DNA from: Octopus sinensis | Lineage: Eukaryota | DNA length: 64,000 nucleotides | Reading direction: 5' to 3' | Assembly (NCBI RefSeq): GCF_006345805.1 | Contig: NC_043014.1 | Span: 5,890,001-5,954,000 of the forward strand | Shown: positions 36,770-51,329 of the stretch, in pieces | Layout: each line of letters opens with the position of its first letter | Numbering within the stretch: the first letter of the stretch is position 1 | Translations under genes and position numbers: made by a program | Notes under the pieces: model-generated | The model's input: only the letters and a program-made list of their open reading frames with translations | Database searches by the model: none | What the model was told of the DNA's origin: nothing

Positions 36770-36872
36770 TAACAGAGTGTGTGTGTGTGTGTATGTGTCT
36801 GTGTGTGTGTGTGAGAGAGAGTGTGTGTGTGTGTATGTGTGTTTGATATATTTAACAAAAAGTTCTTGTGTG

Positions 36873-36904
<32 letters not shown>

Positions 36905-37310
36905 ACATACACACACAAATATATGCACACACACAGGCACAGACAAACACACACACACAGAAACATATGCACACACATACACACAAACAAACAAACAAAC
37001 ACACACACACGCACGCAGAAACACACACAAACACACACACACAGATACACACATACACACACAAATATATGCACACACACACACAGACACAGAAACATAT
37101 GCAAACACATACACACAAACAAACAAACGCACACACACACACTCGCACAAACACACTAACACACACACGCACAAACACACACACACACGCACAAACACAC
37201 ACAAACACACACGCACACAAACATATTTCACACACATACACACACAAACAAACACACACACGTATACACATAAGACACACACCTATACATACATATAGAT
37301 ATTCTGTATG
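36770..37310. repeat. (GT)n/(CA)n compound microsatellite
   Basis: Direct reading. Confidence 0.95.
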
Positions 37311-37329
37311 TATATATATATTCTTCAAT

Positions 37330-37515
37330 TCTTTTCTTTTATTCCTTTACATTTTGAATGCGGCTATGCTGGGGCACCGCATTTAATCGTAGAAATCGGC
37401 CACATAACTCATTCTTTATAAGCCCAGCACTTATTTTATCGTTTTCTTTGTCAAACCGCTACGTTGCTGGAAAGTAAACACACTAACGTCAGCTGTTAAA
37501 TGATGGTTGGGGAAC
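37330..37515 (-). mobile_element. Degenerate SINE 3' half
   Basis: Reverse complement matches ...gataaaataagt...gcggtgccccagcatagccgc... of the 24455 SINE. Confidence 0.6.
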
Positions 37516-37774
37516 TTTTACATGTACATATTTATGTATATACATAAAAGAAATCCGTCATATATATATAATTTAAAATGGGGTAGGTAATTGGATATTA
37601 ATTTAATTAACATCAATTTAACAGCAGTGGTCTAGCATATTGACATCTGAAGGTTTTGTAATTTGTATAATAGATATATGAGAGGGAAGACCACTATGTG
37701 GACATCTCTTATGCTAGATGTTGATCCGCTATGGTCTTACCACCAAGAAATTTTCTCAACAAAAATTCTTGTAA

Positions 37775-37950
37775 GTGGATTTGGTAGACGGAAACAGAAA
37801 GGGGCCCAACGTGTATATATATATATATATAAAGAGCGTTAGAATATATACTAAGCTTACAAATAATAATTCTTGGGCTCGATCTTTTCGAGCAAAAGCA
37901 GTGCTCCAGCATGTCCGCGGTGAAATGACTGAAACATGTAAAAGAATAAA
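37775..37950 (+). mobile_element. Degenerate SINE
   Basis: gtaagtggatttggtagacggaaac...gtgctccagcatg...aaatgactgaaaca. Confidence 0.65.
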
Positions 37951-38190
37951 ATAAAAGAATATATTCATGCATGCATATATATAAATATATGCATGCATGA
38001 ATATATTCTTTTATTTTATTTTATTCTTTTCAAAACTTTTCATTTCACGTTGCTCCATTCCACTCATCTGGCAAAAATGAGTAAGGCTGCGATGTATTGG
38101 CGGAACACATACGCCATTGAAACCGGAAAACCGGGCTCATGACCCTGGCTAGGATTTAAAAGGGTGCATTTACTATTTCATTATATATAA

Positions 38191-38255
<65 letters not shown>

Positions 38256-38632
38256 GAGAGAGAGCCACATATCATTACCCACACACACTCACACATTCTT
38301 TAATAGCAGTACCACACCTACTCTTTTACATGCACTCACACATACACTCAACCTCATGCTCACTCCGACACTCACACAAACACATGATACCTGAAAATAG
38401 ACAACATATACACACATGCGCAACATACATAAACACACGCAACCTGCACAGACACAGGTGACTTTCGCCCACAATGCATGCACAATACACCATACACAGG
38501 TACACTCTCTGGTTATAGACACATACATACACAGGTACACGCACCGCCTGAAAAAGCACACATCATATGCTACACGCAACACGCACACGTTAGCTCCATT
38601 CATACGTCCATACCCGTACTCACACACACATG

Positions 38633-38665
<33 letters not shown>

Positions 38666-39009
38666 TCGCCCACACCTACCTACTCACACGCTGCCATTCA
38701 CATATACACACTCACACGCACCTTAGTTCGTTTGGATCATAGTTACACTTGCCATTTTCATATACACTCAACAGATTAGACTTTTGGTAAACTAACATCG
38801 TCTTATAAGTAACCTTAGATCTCAAGAACCCTCCTACCCGGCTACAACAAGTAACCTTAAATGTCAAGAACCCTCCGATGAATTCTGGCTTTCCCTAATA
38901 AAACAGTTTTCTGAAGCTGTACGAAACAGCGTTTCATGCCTTTTTCCTCTCTCCACCTCTTCAGATCTTTTGGGATAGTCAATTATCTAGACAATTTCTA
39001 TTCTCTTTA

Positions 39010-39033
39010 TCTACTACTACTACTGCTACTACA

Positions 39034-39067
<34 letters not shown>

Positions 39068-39310
39068 TAAATACTACTACTACTACAATTAATATTACTA
39101 CAACTACTACTACTGCTGCTGTACTACTACTCTTTCTACTATTACTACTACTACTACTACTACTACTACAACTAATACTACTACAAGTACTTCTACTACT
39201 ACTGCTGCTACTACTACTATTTCAACTACTACTACTACTACTGCTGCTGCTGCTACTACAACTACTACTACCACTACTACTACTGCTGCTACAACTACTA
39301 CCACTACTAC
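39010..39310. repeat. (CTA)n-type trinucleotide microsatellite
   Basis: Direct reading. Confidence 0.95.
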
Positions 39311-40680
39311 TACTATTACCAATTCATGCTTTCTAGCTTCTGTTACAGTGTCAGTCTGTATATTAAAGTCCCACAATATTTTATATCTCTTACATTCTGG
39401 TACTGTACTAGGTTCATGTCCATACCAGTTATCGGTACGTTCAAATCCTAGCTTCCTACATCCCTCCCAATGGATTACTTCCCTAGATTGTCATGTCTTT
39501 TCTTCTATTCTTTCTCTGCCAGCATGCTAAATTCACTTACTATATGTGTAACGCTTTTCTCTGTTGATTTCCCTAAACTACATTGGGAATCTATTTTGTT
39601 TTTGTCTATCTTGGCTTTTATCAAATTAGTCCTTAATGATTGATCTTGTGCCGCTACTAACAAACATTGTCTCCCGCACCAGCTTTCGTTTCTGCAACCA
39701 TCACCATGTCTCACTACTACAATTTGCTCCAACTATCTTTGGGAATCTACCATGCAATGCCTTCTACCAATCAGATCATTTCTGTCAATTTTATTCGTTT
39801 TTTAGTTCGATCGAGGGTTTGGTGTCCTTATGTTTTGTGACACTAGCAGCTTTTAATAAACTTTCTTCACTCTTACCTACATAGGGACCTATATCTAATC
39901 TTGCTAACTCCACAAAGTCTCCTACTGATATTAACCCTCTTCCGCCTTCCTTTCTATGTAAGTACAATTTCGCTACTCCTGCCTTCGGGTGGAGTCATCC
40001 GTTCATATTGAATTCCTTCCTACATCTTCTCTCTCCCGTTGCTAATTCAGATTTTGTCTCATCTACAAAAGCTGCTAAGTAATGTGAGTGTCCGAGCATT
40101 TACAGCCTTCACTAGATTCGAACCATTTAGCTTTGACTTCATTAACTTCCTCACCTTTCCGATCTACTCCTTTTCAATTTTCGCATTCATTTCTCTAATT
40201 AGTACCCTGTAACGTTCTAATATTCCTAGATACTAATAACTCTCTCCTCCTTTCAATCGCTTTAATGTCTCTCCATTTGTAATTGGACGCCTTCACCGTT
40301 GGCTGCCTGTCCCCTTCCCAAGACTTATATTGCACACTTATCTATGCCAAATTGTATGCCTATATCTTTGCTGAACTGCCTTATAGTCTGTATTATGTAT
40401 CTATCTTTTTTCATATTTACTAAAAGGCAACAGATCATCCATGTAGAGCAAATGATTAATTTTTCGTTTATTATTTCTGAACTGATAGCCTACCTTTCTC
40501 TTATATTGTTAATATTATTATCTACCTTTCTATCTTTCATTCAGGCTCAGTTTCCAGTCATGTCGCCATGCTGGAGACCGTTGTACTCTGCATATTTCTT
40601 TCCTTCACCATTTTTTTAACTCTTAATCCTTTGTGTTGAGGTGCGTAGGCTGGAATGTAAAAGACTTTCCTATTTTACCC
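39310..40680 (-). mobile_element. R4/Dong-like non-LTR retrotransposon fragment (RT C-terminus, zinc finger, start of RLE)
   Basis: HLLYMDDL; LVAAQDQSLRTNLIKAKIDK...SQC...SVTHIVSE; WDFNIQTD...EARKHELVI. Confidence 0.8.
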
Positions 40681-40769
40681 AAACGTTAAACAAATACATC
40701 TGCATGATTTTCCTACGCCTGTCTTCGTCTGTTGATCTCTGTAAGATTCTCTCTCTCTCTCTCTCTTTG

Positions 40770-40802
<33 letters not shown>

Positions 40803-40879
40803 GTATGTATATATATATATATGTATGTATGTATATATGTAAATGTATATATATATATATATATATAATATATATATAT

Positions 40880-40920
<41 letters not shown>

Positions 40921-41008
40921 TATATCTATCTATATATATATATATGTATATATATATATCTCTATTTGTCTATATCTTGGTAAACTTTGCAAATTTTACA
41001 TTTCTGTA

Positions 41009-41073
<65 letters not shown>

Positions 41074-41372
41074 TGATAATAATAATTTACAAGCTTAAAT
41101 CCGTGTATTCACAGAGAATCACTCGACGGAAAATGAGTCGGGTTTACTGTATGCATGGGACACGAACCTATATGAGGTGTGGAAAGGATATGTAAATATT
41201 GGCTAAAAATTGTTAATCAGACGAACAGTACTATGTCACGAATACATAAATGTGTGGGTTCCATGCCTACGGCAAAACCTGCGTTTGTCCGTCGAGGGCT
41301 CATATGCCTCACTATTAGACTATTTACTTTAGTCTTAAAATATGGATATTTACGATATATACATACATACAT

Positions 41373-41403
<31 letters not shown>

Positions 41404-41408
41404 ATATA

Positions 41409-41504
<96 letters not shown>

Positions 41505-41506
<2 letters not shown>

Positions 41507-41950
41507 AAGGAAGTTTGTAAGAAGGCATATAGGCGTAGAATATCATCCAGAATTCATCCAACTTACAATTAAGCACGGTGGTTGTAGTGAGATGATGTGT
41601 GGCTCTAATGTCTAAAACGGTGTCGGTCTTATAATCCGAATCAAGGGCATTTTGGATACTAAGTCCTGTCTAGAAATATGGGATAAGGCTGTGCTTTCAT
41701 ACGCCCGAAATGCATTTGGGCCGATCTTGGTCTTCCCAGCATGACAACGACCCGAAACACAACTTGCAATTAGTCAGAGATTACATCAGATCTAAGGCAG
41801 TTCGGTTGATGCAGTGGGCGGCAAAGTAGCACGACCTAAATCCCATCGGAAATCTTTTGGATATGTTGGATAGAAAATAAGGAGGATTTTTTTTATTTTA
41901 CATTATTAGCGAAAATTGGGGGGGAAATCTCGGGAACAGTGAAAAATTTT
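41505..41950 (+). mobile_element. Tc1-family transposase DDE fragment
   Basis: Frameshifted IKHGG..MMW, QHDNDPKH and W...HDLNPIGNL.DMLDRK. Confidence 0.8.
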
Positions 41951-42192
41951 CTGAACAATTCTGTTTCACAGATGCAAAGTTGCATTGAGTAATTTTGTGT
42001 GAGCTTATTGTTTATTCTTTTTTCTTTTGTTGATCTCAGAATAAACTTTTAAAAGCAACAAAATACAATTTTACAAACCGTTCCTCAATAAAAGGGCGCT
42101 ATAAATTACGATAATTAAGATTTATTTTTAAGTTAATATTAAGATATTTATAAATCTCTGGACGAGTTATAGACAGTAACTGCACGACAATG

Positions 42193-42420
42193 TGAGGTAT
42201 ATTTGCCATCTCAATATGGCTAACCATTAAGGGAGGGTGTTACTGTAGCTTGTAGCCCTAGGAGAACATCTCCTCCAGCTGGCTACCTCCCTTTGCAAAT
42301 ACTGACAGGGCACAGAAAGCGTGCCTATAGCCAGCTGGAGGTGATGTTCTCCTGGGGCTACAAGCTACAGTAACATCAACCCTTAGTGGTTAGCCATATT
42401 GAGATGACAAATATACCTCA
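42193..42420. mobile_element. MITE-like foldback element with ~90-bp terminal inverted repeats (TGAGGTATATTTG...)
   Basis: The left arm 42193-42285 matches the reverse complement of the right arm with a few mismatches. Confidence 0.8.
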
Positions 42421-42609
42421 AATTAGATATTTATGTTGCACAGTAAAATAGGGTACCATATTAAACCTCGTAATTTTTTATATTTTGATCTTATTTCACA
42501 ATTTAAAACTTGAATATATAAAGATGCTATTTTAAAATTAGCATATTAGCGTTCATATATTAAATGGCATCACTGCATATGCATGACTGATATACGTAAA
42601 ACCATACAT

Positions 42610-42965
42610 ACACATCTGTACCTATTCACACATACATACATACATAAATACATACATACATACGTACATACATACAAACATACATACATACATACATACA
42701 TACATGCATGTATGCATACATAAATTCATGTATGCAAACATACATTCATGCATGGATGCATGCATAAATACATATATACATGCATACATACATGCACACA
42801 TACATACATACATACATACATACATACATGCATACATACATACATACATACATGCATATATGCAAACATACATTCATGCATGGATGCATGCATACATACA
42901 TATATACATGCATAGATACATACATACATACATACATACATAAATACATACATACATATATACAA
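42610..42965. repeat. (CATA)n microsatellite
   Basis: Direct reading. Confidence 0.95.
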
Positions 42966-43365
42966 AAATACCCTGTTGATGCTGTTGAAAATCCAATGAA
43001 GGATACATGGATCTTGGTTAAATGCCGTCGCTTTTTCTATTGGCAAGAATTATTCTCTTAAAACCGAATAATGATATACATACATATATACATATATACA
43101 CACATACATACATGCATACATGTATACTGAGAGATATTTAAAGCTTGTCATTATCACTAGCTTAAAATATTCTTGTTTTATAAATAATAGCAACACATAC
43201 AGGTATGGTGTCTCCCATTTGATACTGAATTTCCAAGTTCTCCTTCCGTGTCGACTGCATGTGTATGATAGAATTCTATCGTTGTAATTCGATTAAATTC
43301 GTTTATATTTAATCACTTCTCTTACATCGATGAAGCATATTAGACCCATAAAACCTACTTTGACC

Positions 43366-43404
<39 letters not shown>

Positions 43405-43406
<2 letters not shown>

Positions 43407-43989
43407 GTTATATAATTAGGGTTCAGTAAAATAATTTACTTTACCACACACCGAACTTTTAGAAATAGCAGCCAAAAATCTTAGCTATTGCTTCTACTAT
43501 AAGAAGAATCTCCCAGATGATGCATACTCTAAAATAACTCACACGGGTATAGAGGGGAAAAATAACGAAAGATCATACGTACATAAGATTATCTGAGAAC
43601 GGCCGTTTTTGGATGCGAGGCCTCATTTGTATTTTTGAATTCGTTCGTACTGGTGGTCGAAGATGGTTTTTTCTAGGATTACTCATATCAGGCGGGTATG
43701 TTCGATTTTTAGTGCTCTCAAATATAAATCAAAAGAAATCTTTGAGCTGACGAAGGAAATGTTGATCTTTATATTCAACTAATCCAGAAACGGCCGTTCC
43801 CAGGTAATCTTATGTACGTGTGATCTTTCGTTATTTTTCCCTCTATACCTGTGTGAGTTATTTTTGAGTATGCATTGTCTGGGAGTTTTTCTTATAGTAG
43901 AAGAAATAGCTAAGATTTTTGGCTGCTATTTCTAAAAGTTCAGTGTGTGGTAAAGTAAATTATTTTACTGAAACCTAATTATATAACGT
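43405..43989. mobile_element. 585-bp element with ~209-bp inverted arms and an internal hammerhead; Penelope-like or foldback remnant
   Basis: Arms at 43405-43613 and 43783-43989 with scattered mismatches. The hammerhead straddles the inner edge of the right arm. Confidence 0.8.
43741..43804 (+). ncRNA. Type-I hammerhead ribozyme motif with palindromic stem III
   Basis: UUUGAG-CUGACGA-A-GGA..GUUGA(loop)UCAAC..UCC-A-GAA-ACGGCCGU-U-CCCAGG. The left arm retains CUCAGA, which pairs better with UUUGAG. Confidence 0.7.
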
Positions 43990-44083
43990 AATGTTTCAAA
44001 TATACCGTAAATGGTCTTTTCACATACTGAACACTACCAGGTAAAATTAATTAATAATTTATTAGTTTTACCCTTTTATTATT

Positions 44084-44131
<48 letters not shown>

Positions 44132-45626
44132 TATATAACAATCTCAATTTCGTCCTCGAACTAAGGTTAATTTGAAAAAAGCTACAAAATAAATCCTACA
44201 GCCATGTCAGATTTCAGCATAGACCCATCATTTTCCTTTTGTAGTGGCGGGTTGCATATGCAGCTGCGCATGCTCTGTACAGCTTAAACACATGTCGGTC
44301 GTTTTAACTGTCTAATTATGCTGCATAACTAACAACTGAATCAAAAGAAAAATTTGAAGATTTACTAGCGTCCCATGTTTTCCATAATTGTCTAGAAATT
44401 ACACTCACGAAGATATTCATAACCCAAAGAAGCGAATCCGGATTTGCCCATCGGAATAATTACTTCGAGATTGTAAACACAAAGTTCACTTTGATGTGTA
44501 TTGCAACGTGATGTTGTTAGCCTTCGTTTATCTGAGAAATATTCGACACACTCCAACAGACACTCATGAATCCTATTGGATATAACGTGACGGTCACAAC
44601 ATCTCAACCTTCTTACACACAGCATCCGTGCTTGCCCTGACTATATTTGCTCTCTTTACTCTCACTTTTATGGGTGTTGTATTCGTTTCGCATGAAATGT
44701 ATTCAGCTTCTAGGATCCATCCTTTCTTCGAGTCTGGTATGTTTACGTAGCGGATCGAAAAAATCGTCATATTTAATGTTCTCTGCTGCTGAAATGAGGC
44801 CATTTTGTCTGGTTGATTTCTTTTCTTATTCTTGTATATCAGCGTTTAGTGTATGATGTGAGTGTTCTGTGTATCGACTTCCATTTTGTCATATTCTGTG
44901 GAGAGGTGGGAAGGTTGTGATTTAGATTTAGGATTGGCAGGACCAATACTTATTTCGACTGTCTTTTGAAGGATTCATCGTGTGAATTCCACAGTCTCAG
45001 AAACTTTAAAATATACATTTAGTGATATTTCTAAAGTAGACGATAAATAGGTTTTATAAGAGATGGGGTAAGAATAGAACGGAAAGTTTCCTGATTAATA
45101 ACGGCAAATAGAATGGATTGTGTGGAAGTATCTGGTTGTTGTTGAAAGAATCAGTTAAGTTCTGTGCGAAGTAATGTAGCGGTTCATGGCTCCTTGTCAG
45201 AATCCGAGTTGTAATTTGAAAACCAAGACGCCTGAGATAGTAGCGTCAAGCATTATATTTTATAAGGCTGGGCCAGAAAAGCTGATATAATTCTATGGAG
45301 GTACTTTATTTGGGGATTTTGCTGAATCATGAGACAGAAGACAAAATACTGTTAAACGAAATAGCATTTTACTTCAACATTGAATTTGGTAAACTGAAAT
45401 TTTACAAAATGTGCTCTAGAATTTTTCAGGCAGATTAAGATTTTTACTTCGGGATATTTCTGGCATTCAACGTCGCCTCTTTTGTAAAGCTCTGAAAACT
45501 AGTACACAAGTTTATTGTAACGATAGACATAATTTAAAGAAAATATTAGGTAACACAATTAAAATTTTATATTATTTATTGTAATTCACAGACATCTTTT
45601 CATATGGAAGCGAATTTAATTTCTAT

Positions 45627-46126
45627 TCAATGTTTACTGCACACAACGCAGGTTAATTCTCGACCATTGACATACGGTGGACATGGCAATGAACCACAAC
45701 CAGCCTGAACGAAATACAATAAAGCTCCATCTTCGTCTCTGTAACCTGCTGGATCAGCTTCTGGTGCATGATCCACACACACATATTCATGTCTGCCCTT
45801 ATGCCCGGGATGACTGGACATCAAATATCCTGAATACTCAGCTCTCCAACCAGCGTAACACTGTGTCCTGGCTGGTAACATCATAACAACAACAGGTTGT
45901 CGTGTCAAACAGACAGCGCACGGAACGTTGTGATCATTAAGTGCATTAGCGTTAGCAAAAGAAAAGAGTTTATTAAATAGGTAAGGTTTTAGTTGATATT
46001 CAGTGCCATGAATCCAACCTCCATCTACAACCTGTGCAGTATAATTGGCCCAAATGGGATCGTGGGGTAGACATAAGAGATTACTTCCGCCACCAGTATG
46101 GGAATAATATTGTCCACCAGCCACAC
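45627..46126 (-). CDS. Copy B exon 4
   Basis: ttctag|gt GTG GCT GGT GGA...CSKH stop. Confidence 0.92.
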
Positions 46127-49100
46127 CTAGAAATGGTAAGAATAAATCAAGTAAAAAATATATTAAGCAACATTATTAATGAAATAACGGAAACATTCAT
46201 AACAGTTTGACCTTAAAAGAAGTCATGTTTAGTCACGTGTGAACGAATTGTGGTGTATGTGTTAGTGTTTATATGAGTGTAAGCTGTGTGTTGCTGAATG
46301 AGAGTGTGCATGTTTTCGCAGGTGTGTGTTTGTCTTCTCTACATATATGTGTGTGTGTGTTTGTTTGTGTGTGTATGTGTGTGTATTTGCGTGTGTTTGT
46401 GTGTGTCTGTGTGTTTTTGTGTGTCTGTGTGTTTGTGTATGTGCGCGCGCGTGTGTGTGTGTGTGTGTGTGTGCACGATTAGGTAATCGTGGTTGTGATG
46501 TGTATTATTACGTATGTTTGCATGGGGTAGATGTCTGTGTGTGGATGTAAACAAACGGAGAAAGGAAAGGGATTTTGTAGCGCATGTGGTCGTGATTTCC
46601 CGAAATGGAAAATTAGTCGTTCACGTTTGAACGGGAAAATTGTTGGTGAAGGGAATTGCATGTGGTTTGAGTAGAACAATACGAGAGACGGCAAGATGCA
46701 GAGAACTGGTGGGTAAGAGGGGATTAAATAATGTTTAGCCGACCATACGGGTGTGGCTGGCTATATCCATCGGTTTGTCTCGGACGAGTCAGGCCTACCA
46801 CGAGACGTGCCTACCACATACTATAATATTATGATCACACAGATTTTATTTCATGCAAAGCATGAACTGAGGTGGGGTGAATTTTGAAGCTCATTGATGG
46901 CGTAGTGCTTAAGATGAATGGACAGCGATGTCGGCGATCGATAAAGGATATGTGTAGGGTTTATAGGGAGCAGATTCACAAAGGAAGCGAGGTTGGTTGG
47001 AGATGTGGGAAGCAGTAGCTTTGAATTGGAAGTGTCGGCGTTACCTTACAAAGATACACTGGACAATTAATGAGGCGAGGTGTTGCATGAAAAGAGATAG
47101 GTTAAAGGGGTTGGACGATTTCGGTAAGGCGGAGAAGAATAGAAGTGCAATATGTACTCAGTTGGGTTATCTCAGTGATAATTAGTCCCTCCATATTATT
47201 CTTAATAAATACAGTCCTTAGTTAGCTTTGTCCATTTCTAACAGTGTGTGGTTTGTCCATTCCACGTTGTACATTCTGCGTTCATGTCATTAACTATTTA
47301 CAGTCACTGTCATCAATTGTAATTAGACCTTGTTCAATTTAGTCTATAACAACAATCAATAGACATTCTAGTTAATGATAGTCAAGTGGCCACTTTTCAG
47401 CTCTGGTCACTCACGTACAAAACCACCATCCGTAGCCAGTACAATTGATCACCAGTTAGCAGCCTCGGTATTTGATATCTACACTCCATACAAGTCAGCC
47501 AGGAGTTCTTGATCGCTATACTGGACTTCAGTCTAGCCTCTGTAATTTAACGTACATATATCTATATTCTGTAGTTAGACAACATCCTTTTCACCTGGTC
47601 CGTAGTAGATAACATTTAAAATTCTGATTTGACCAAATACCTACGAAGGAGTAAGCAGTTTTGTGCAGACTCTATATATCGCTTCAAATGTGATATATTA
47701 GATTATTTGCTTGAGTGTGTGTGCGTGTGCGTGAGAGAGAGGGTGGGAGAGAAAGAAAGGCAATAAAAAGAGAGAATGAGAGGTATAAAAAGAGAACAAG
47801 AGAAAGACAAAAAGAGAATGAGAGGTCAGAAATATAAAGAATACTAACCTTCATATACAAGTTTTGAATAAGGAGAACAAGTTGTTCTGCCCCACCGTGT
47901 ATACAATGATCCGGGACCGGGCTCTGTGAAATTAAAATGAAACAATTTAGTTTAAAAGAAAGAATTCTTGAATCCTATACAAAGGAAGTTGTTGGCTTGG
48001 AAGGAATTGATAGAGAGGAGAGACATTTAGAATTTAAGAGAAAAATAATGAGTGAATGAATGAAAATCAGAATGAAAGAAGTAAATGATTCGCTAAGAAT
48101 AAATTTTAAACGAAGAAAATTAGTCATTTGCCTATTGAGCCTGTTGTTGACGTTGATGTCAACGAATTGAGAGATTAATCTCAGAATATCAGAATGTGTA
48201 TTTGGCTCCCTTAAGAACGGATGTTTGTTTTGTAGTTGAACTTGGATGTGAGTATATATATATATATTTGTCACCATGATAATGATAAAGTTCTTCTTTT
48301 ATAGATATGTAGGCCAAATTATCAATTCTTGGTATCTGATGCAAATATTCATTGGTCAATTACAAATATCAGCTTGGTGTATGTCGCGAATAAGGCCATC
48401 ATAGCTACAATATGCAAAGGACTCGAAGGAATAGCCATACCGCGTCATCCATCGAGAGAGATAACAGTATTTGCGGCCGGATCTTGAGTGGAGGAATCCA
48501 TTCGGGAGATCTATTGCAGTCTCCACTCATCTTAATCTAGGATGCATGGGAAGGGAATACAAAATATGCGTGTTCCAGGACACCGAAGCAGGTCCAGAAG
48601 GGATCAACCGTTCATAATTGAGAATTAGACTGTCAAAACCGGACGAGACAAAACGCTGCCTGTTATATATAATCGGTGTCTCTTCAAGAAAGCTTCCTTA
48701 CTTCGGAGGCGTACACTTGGAAGTAGGTTGGAAACTCCACCGTGCAGGTGTGCAACCAATTATGTCAGCACAGGCGGAAGTGGGATGCTCATAATCCCTG
48801 GCTTTCGGATTGGATTATGGAGTGTATCCAACTAGGTATTAAGGGATATCTCCTGAAGCTTAAGCAGAATGAAGGAAGTAAGTGCACGCAATAGTGAGGT
48901 CAAATACAAATCCTTCTTTAAGAAAGTCAATGCAGCTTTGGATATATTTGGGGTAAAGTCATTTGTCCTACAAGGAGACTTCAGTGCACACCTCGGCACT
49001 GGTAATCGTAAGAAGGATTGATTGGGTGGAATGACGTCAAATACCTTAATGCGGCGTCCATACTAGCATTCTTTGCAGGAAACGGACTCTCTATGATATA

Positions 49101-51263
49101 GATATCGTTTTAAGAGAGGGATATTTATAAGGGTACTTGGAATAGAAATGCTTTGTGACAGAGGTTTCCGATAGATGTTGTTGATAGGTGATGGGATAAG
49201 AAAAAGAACTGGTTTTCGACCGGTACTTTTTCAACTGAATACTTATTTGAACGACAGTCACTTAAAAGTAATAAAGCTCCTGGAGACAAGTACGTTCGGC
49301 TTCACATTTTGAAAAAAATTATATACATTCTCTGAGTGACCCGTGTATGCTAGGTGGATGGAACCTCTAGAAAAACACCAAGGCAATGGCAATCCGGGGT
49401 GATAATCACAGTTTTTGAAACTAAGACACCAGATAATGTGCTTTAATTATAGAAAGTTCTACACTGCATGTCTGGAAACGATATGTAAGGAAGTTGTCGC
49501 GCCCAAGATTACTGTCCTGGACACAGTACACCCGACCAGATAATCGTTCAAAGAAACGTTGAAATATTTCCAAGGGGAATACGCCGTAAACCATGAAAAG
49601 GCATCACACGACATGCCGTGTTGTATGTTGCGGATGGTTTACCAGGAATGTGAGATTAATGGGCAAATACTGGTTGCCATAAAGTACTTCTACGGATGTC
49701 CAAATGTTTGAATTTGCGTAAAAGTCGAAACATTTCAAGGTGGCGGTTGGACTTCAGTAGAATTGCACATCCTTAGTGCCCCTTACCATAAATTTTATTA
49801 TCTGGATGGACATGTCACAGCCATTGTGGGAGCAGTATCTCATTTCGTCTGTATGGGGTCGGTCGACTGCTATTTGCAAACAACATGCTGCTATCTGACT
49901 CATGTCATGTTCACTTTCGACACGCATTGAATGGGTTGGCTGCCGAGTGCCCCAAGGCAGGGATGACTAACACAAACTCTGCAGGAAAGTGGAACATCGT
50001 TACTTCGGGAATCTATTCACGAGTGATTGGAAGCACAAGACTGAACAGATTGCCGAATTCTAGATATAAACGCATTGATGCGCTAGGTCGGGCATTCGAT
50101 TCTCAGACGAACAATAGTTGGTACACTTATCGACGTAGCACTGCACACACACACACACTCATATACACACGATTTCATAGTATAAAGGAGTAACATTTTA
50201 CTAAGGAAATTATTGTAAAGTAGAATATATTTTAAAATAGATTTAGGCGGCTCAGTATATATTATAGGGGAAATATGTATTAGTGATGTAGAACCAATTC
50301 AATGTTGGTGAAATTAGAAATCACTAGTTAAGGAAACAAGGGTAAATTAATTTAGCTAAACAGTGTAGAAATGAAAGCTGAATTCTTTATAATATTTAAT
50401 CTCATTCCTGAACATTTCTTCAATGCCTTTGTCTTATACAATATAAAAATTAGTTCTTACTTGGTGCAGGTTTATCGTCGAGAGATTTCTTGGAGATGAA
50501 ACGGTTCTGTGAAAGAATAGGAACAGCATCACATAAATAGAACTTGGGAGTATTTATTAACGTTTAGAACTTAAAACGATGCAATAGATGACATATTGGG
50601 ACAGCTTCTTACGAAGATGTGAGAGGGACATCGACATTGATAATGTTTCCAATCTATAATATCATGTTACATCTTGCCGGTTTGCTTGAATTGGTCGCCC
50701 TTCTGTGCATCTGGTACTTTTTAAAATTTTATTTCATGCTTGCATATGGCAAATCATACACATTAAAGAGAAAGAGAATAATCCTGTTTTTTGTCGAGGA
50801 CAGACTAATTTCGTTGTGTAAATTCCTGTTCATTTGAAGTTTGCTAGAGACGTAGAGCTGCGTAATATTCTGCTGACGTCAACACAAAACTCCCGACGCC
50901 AACCTTTCATGTACGGCGTCCTAATCCTTTTCCGCTGCGTGCTTAAACGAAACTCTGAAGGGAATTGTAGCCAGAGGATGTGGTCATGCTGGAGCACCAC
51001 CTTCAGTGATACTGGTGAACAATATTCCGGAATTAAGCTGGAATACCAATATATCATTTGGCGTTCAATCGAATATCACAAAAATTAGTAAGAAAAATGT
51101 TAGGGAACATACATAGAAGGTTATTGATTGATTGTATACGAAAGGGATGAAGATTAGATTTCCTGTATACTGGTGCTATATTAACTCGTTATACTCTCCT
51201 CAAATGTAAACAAGTGTATATATGTGGATATATATATAAGTATGTATGTATGAATATATATAT

Positions 51264-51329
<66 letters not shown>

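Noticed and set aside
47975-48277. Protein-looking stretch [19 protein letters not shown]…, also at 62321-62566, as an extra exon
   Set aside because: No convincing donor or acceptor, exon 2 already joins exons 1 and 3 in phase, and the surrounding intron is equally conserved.
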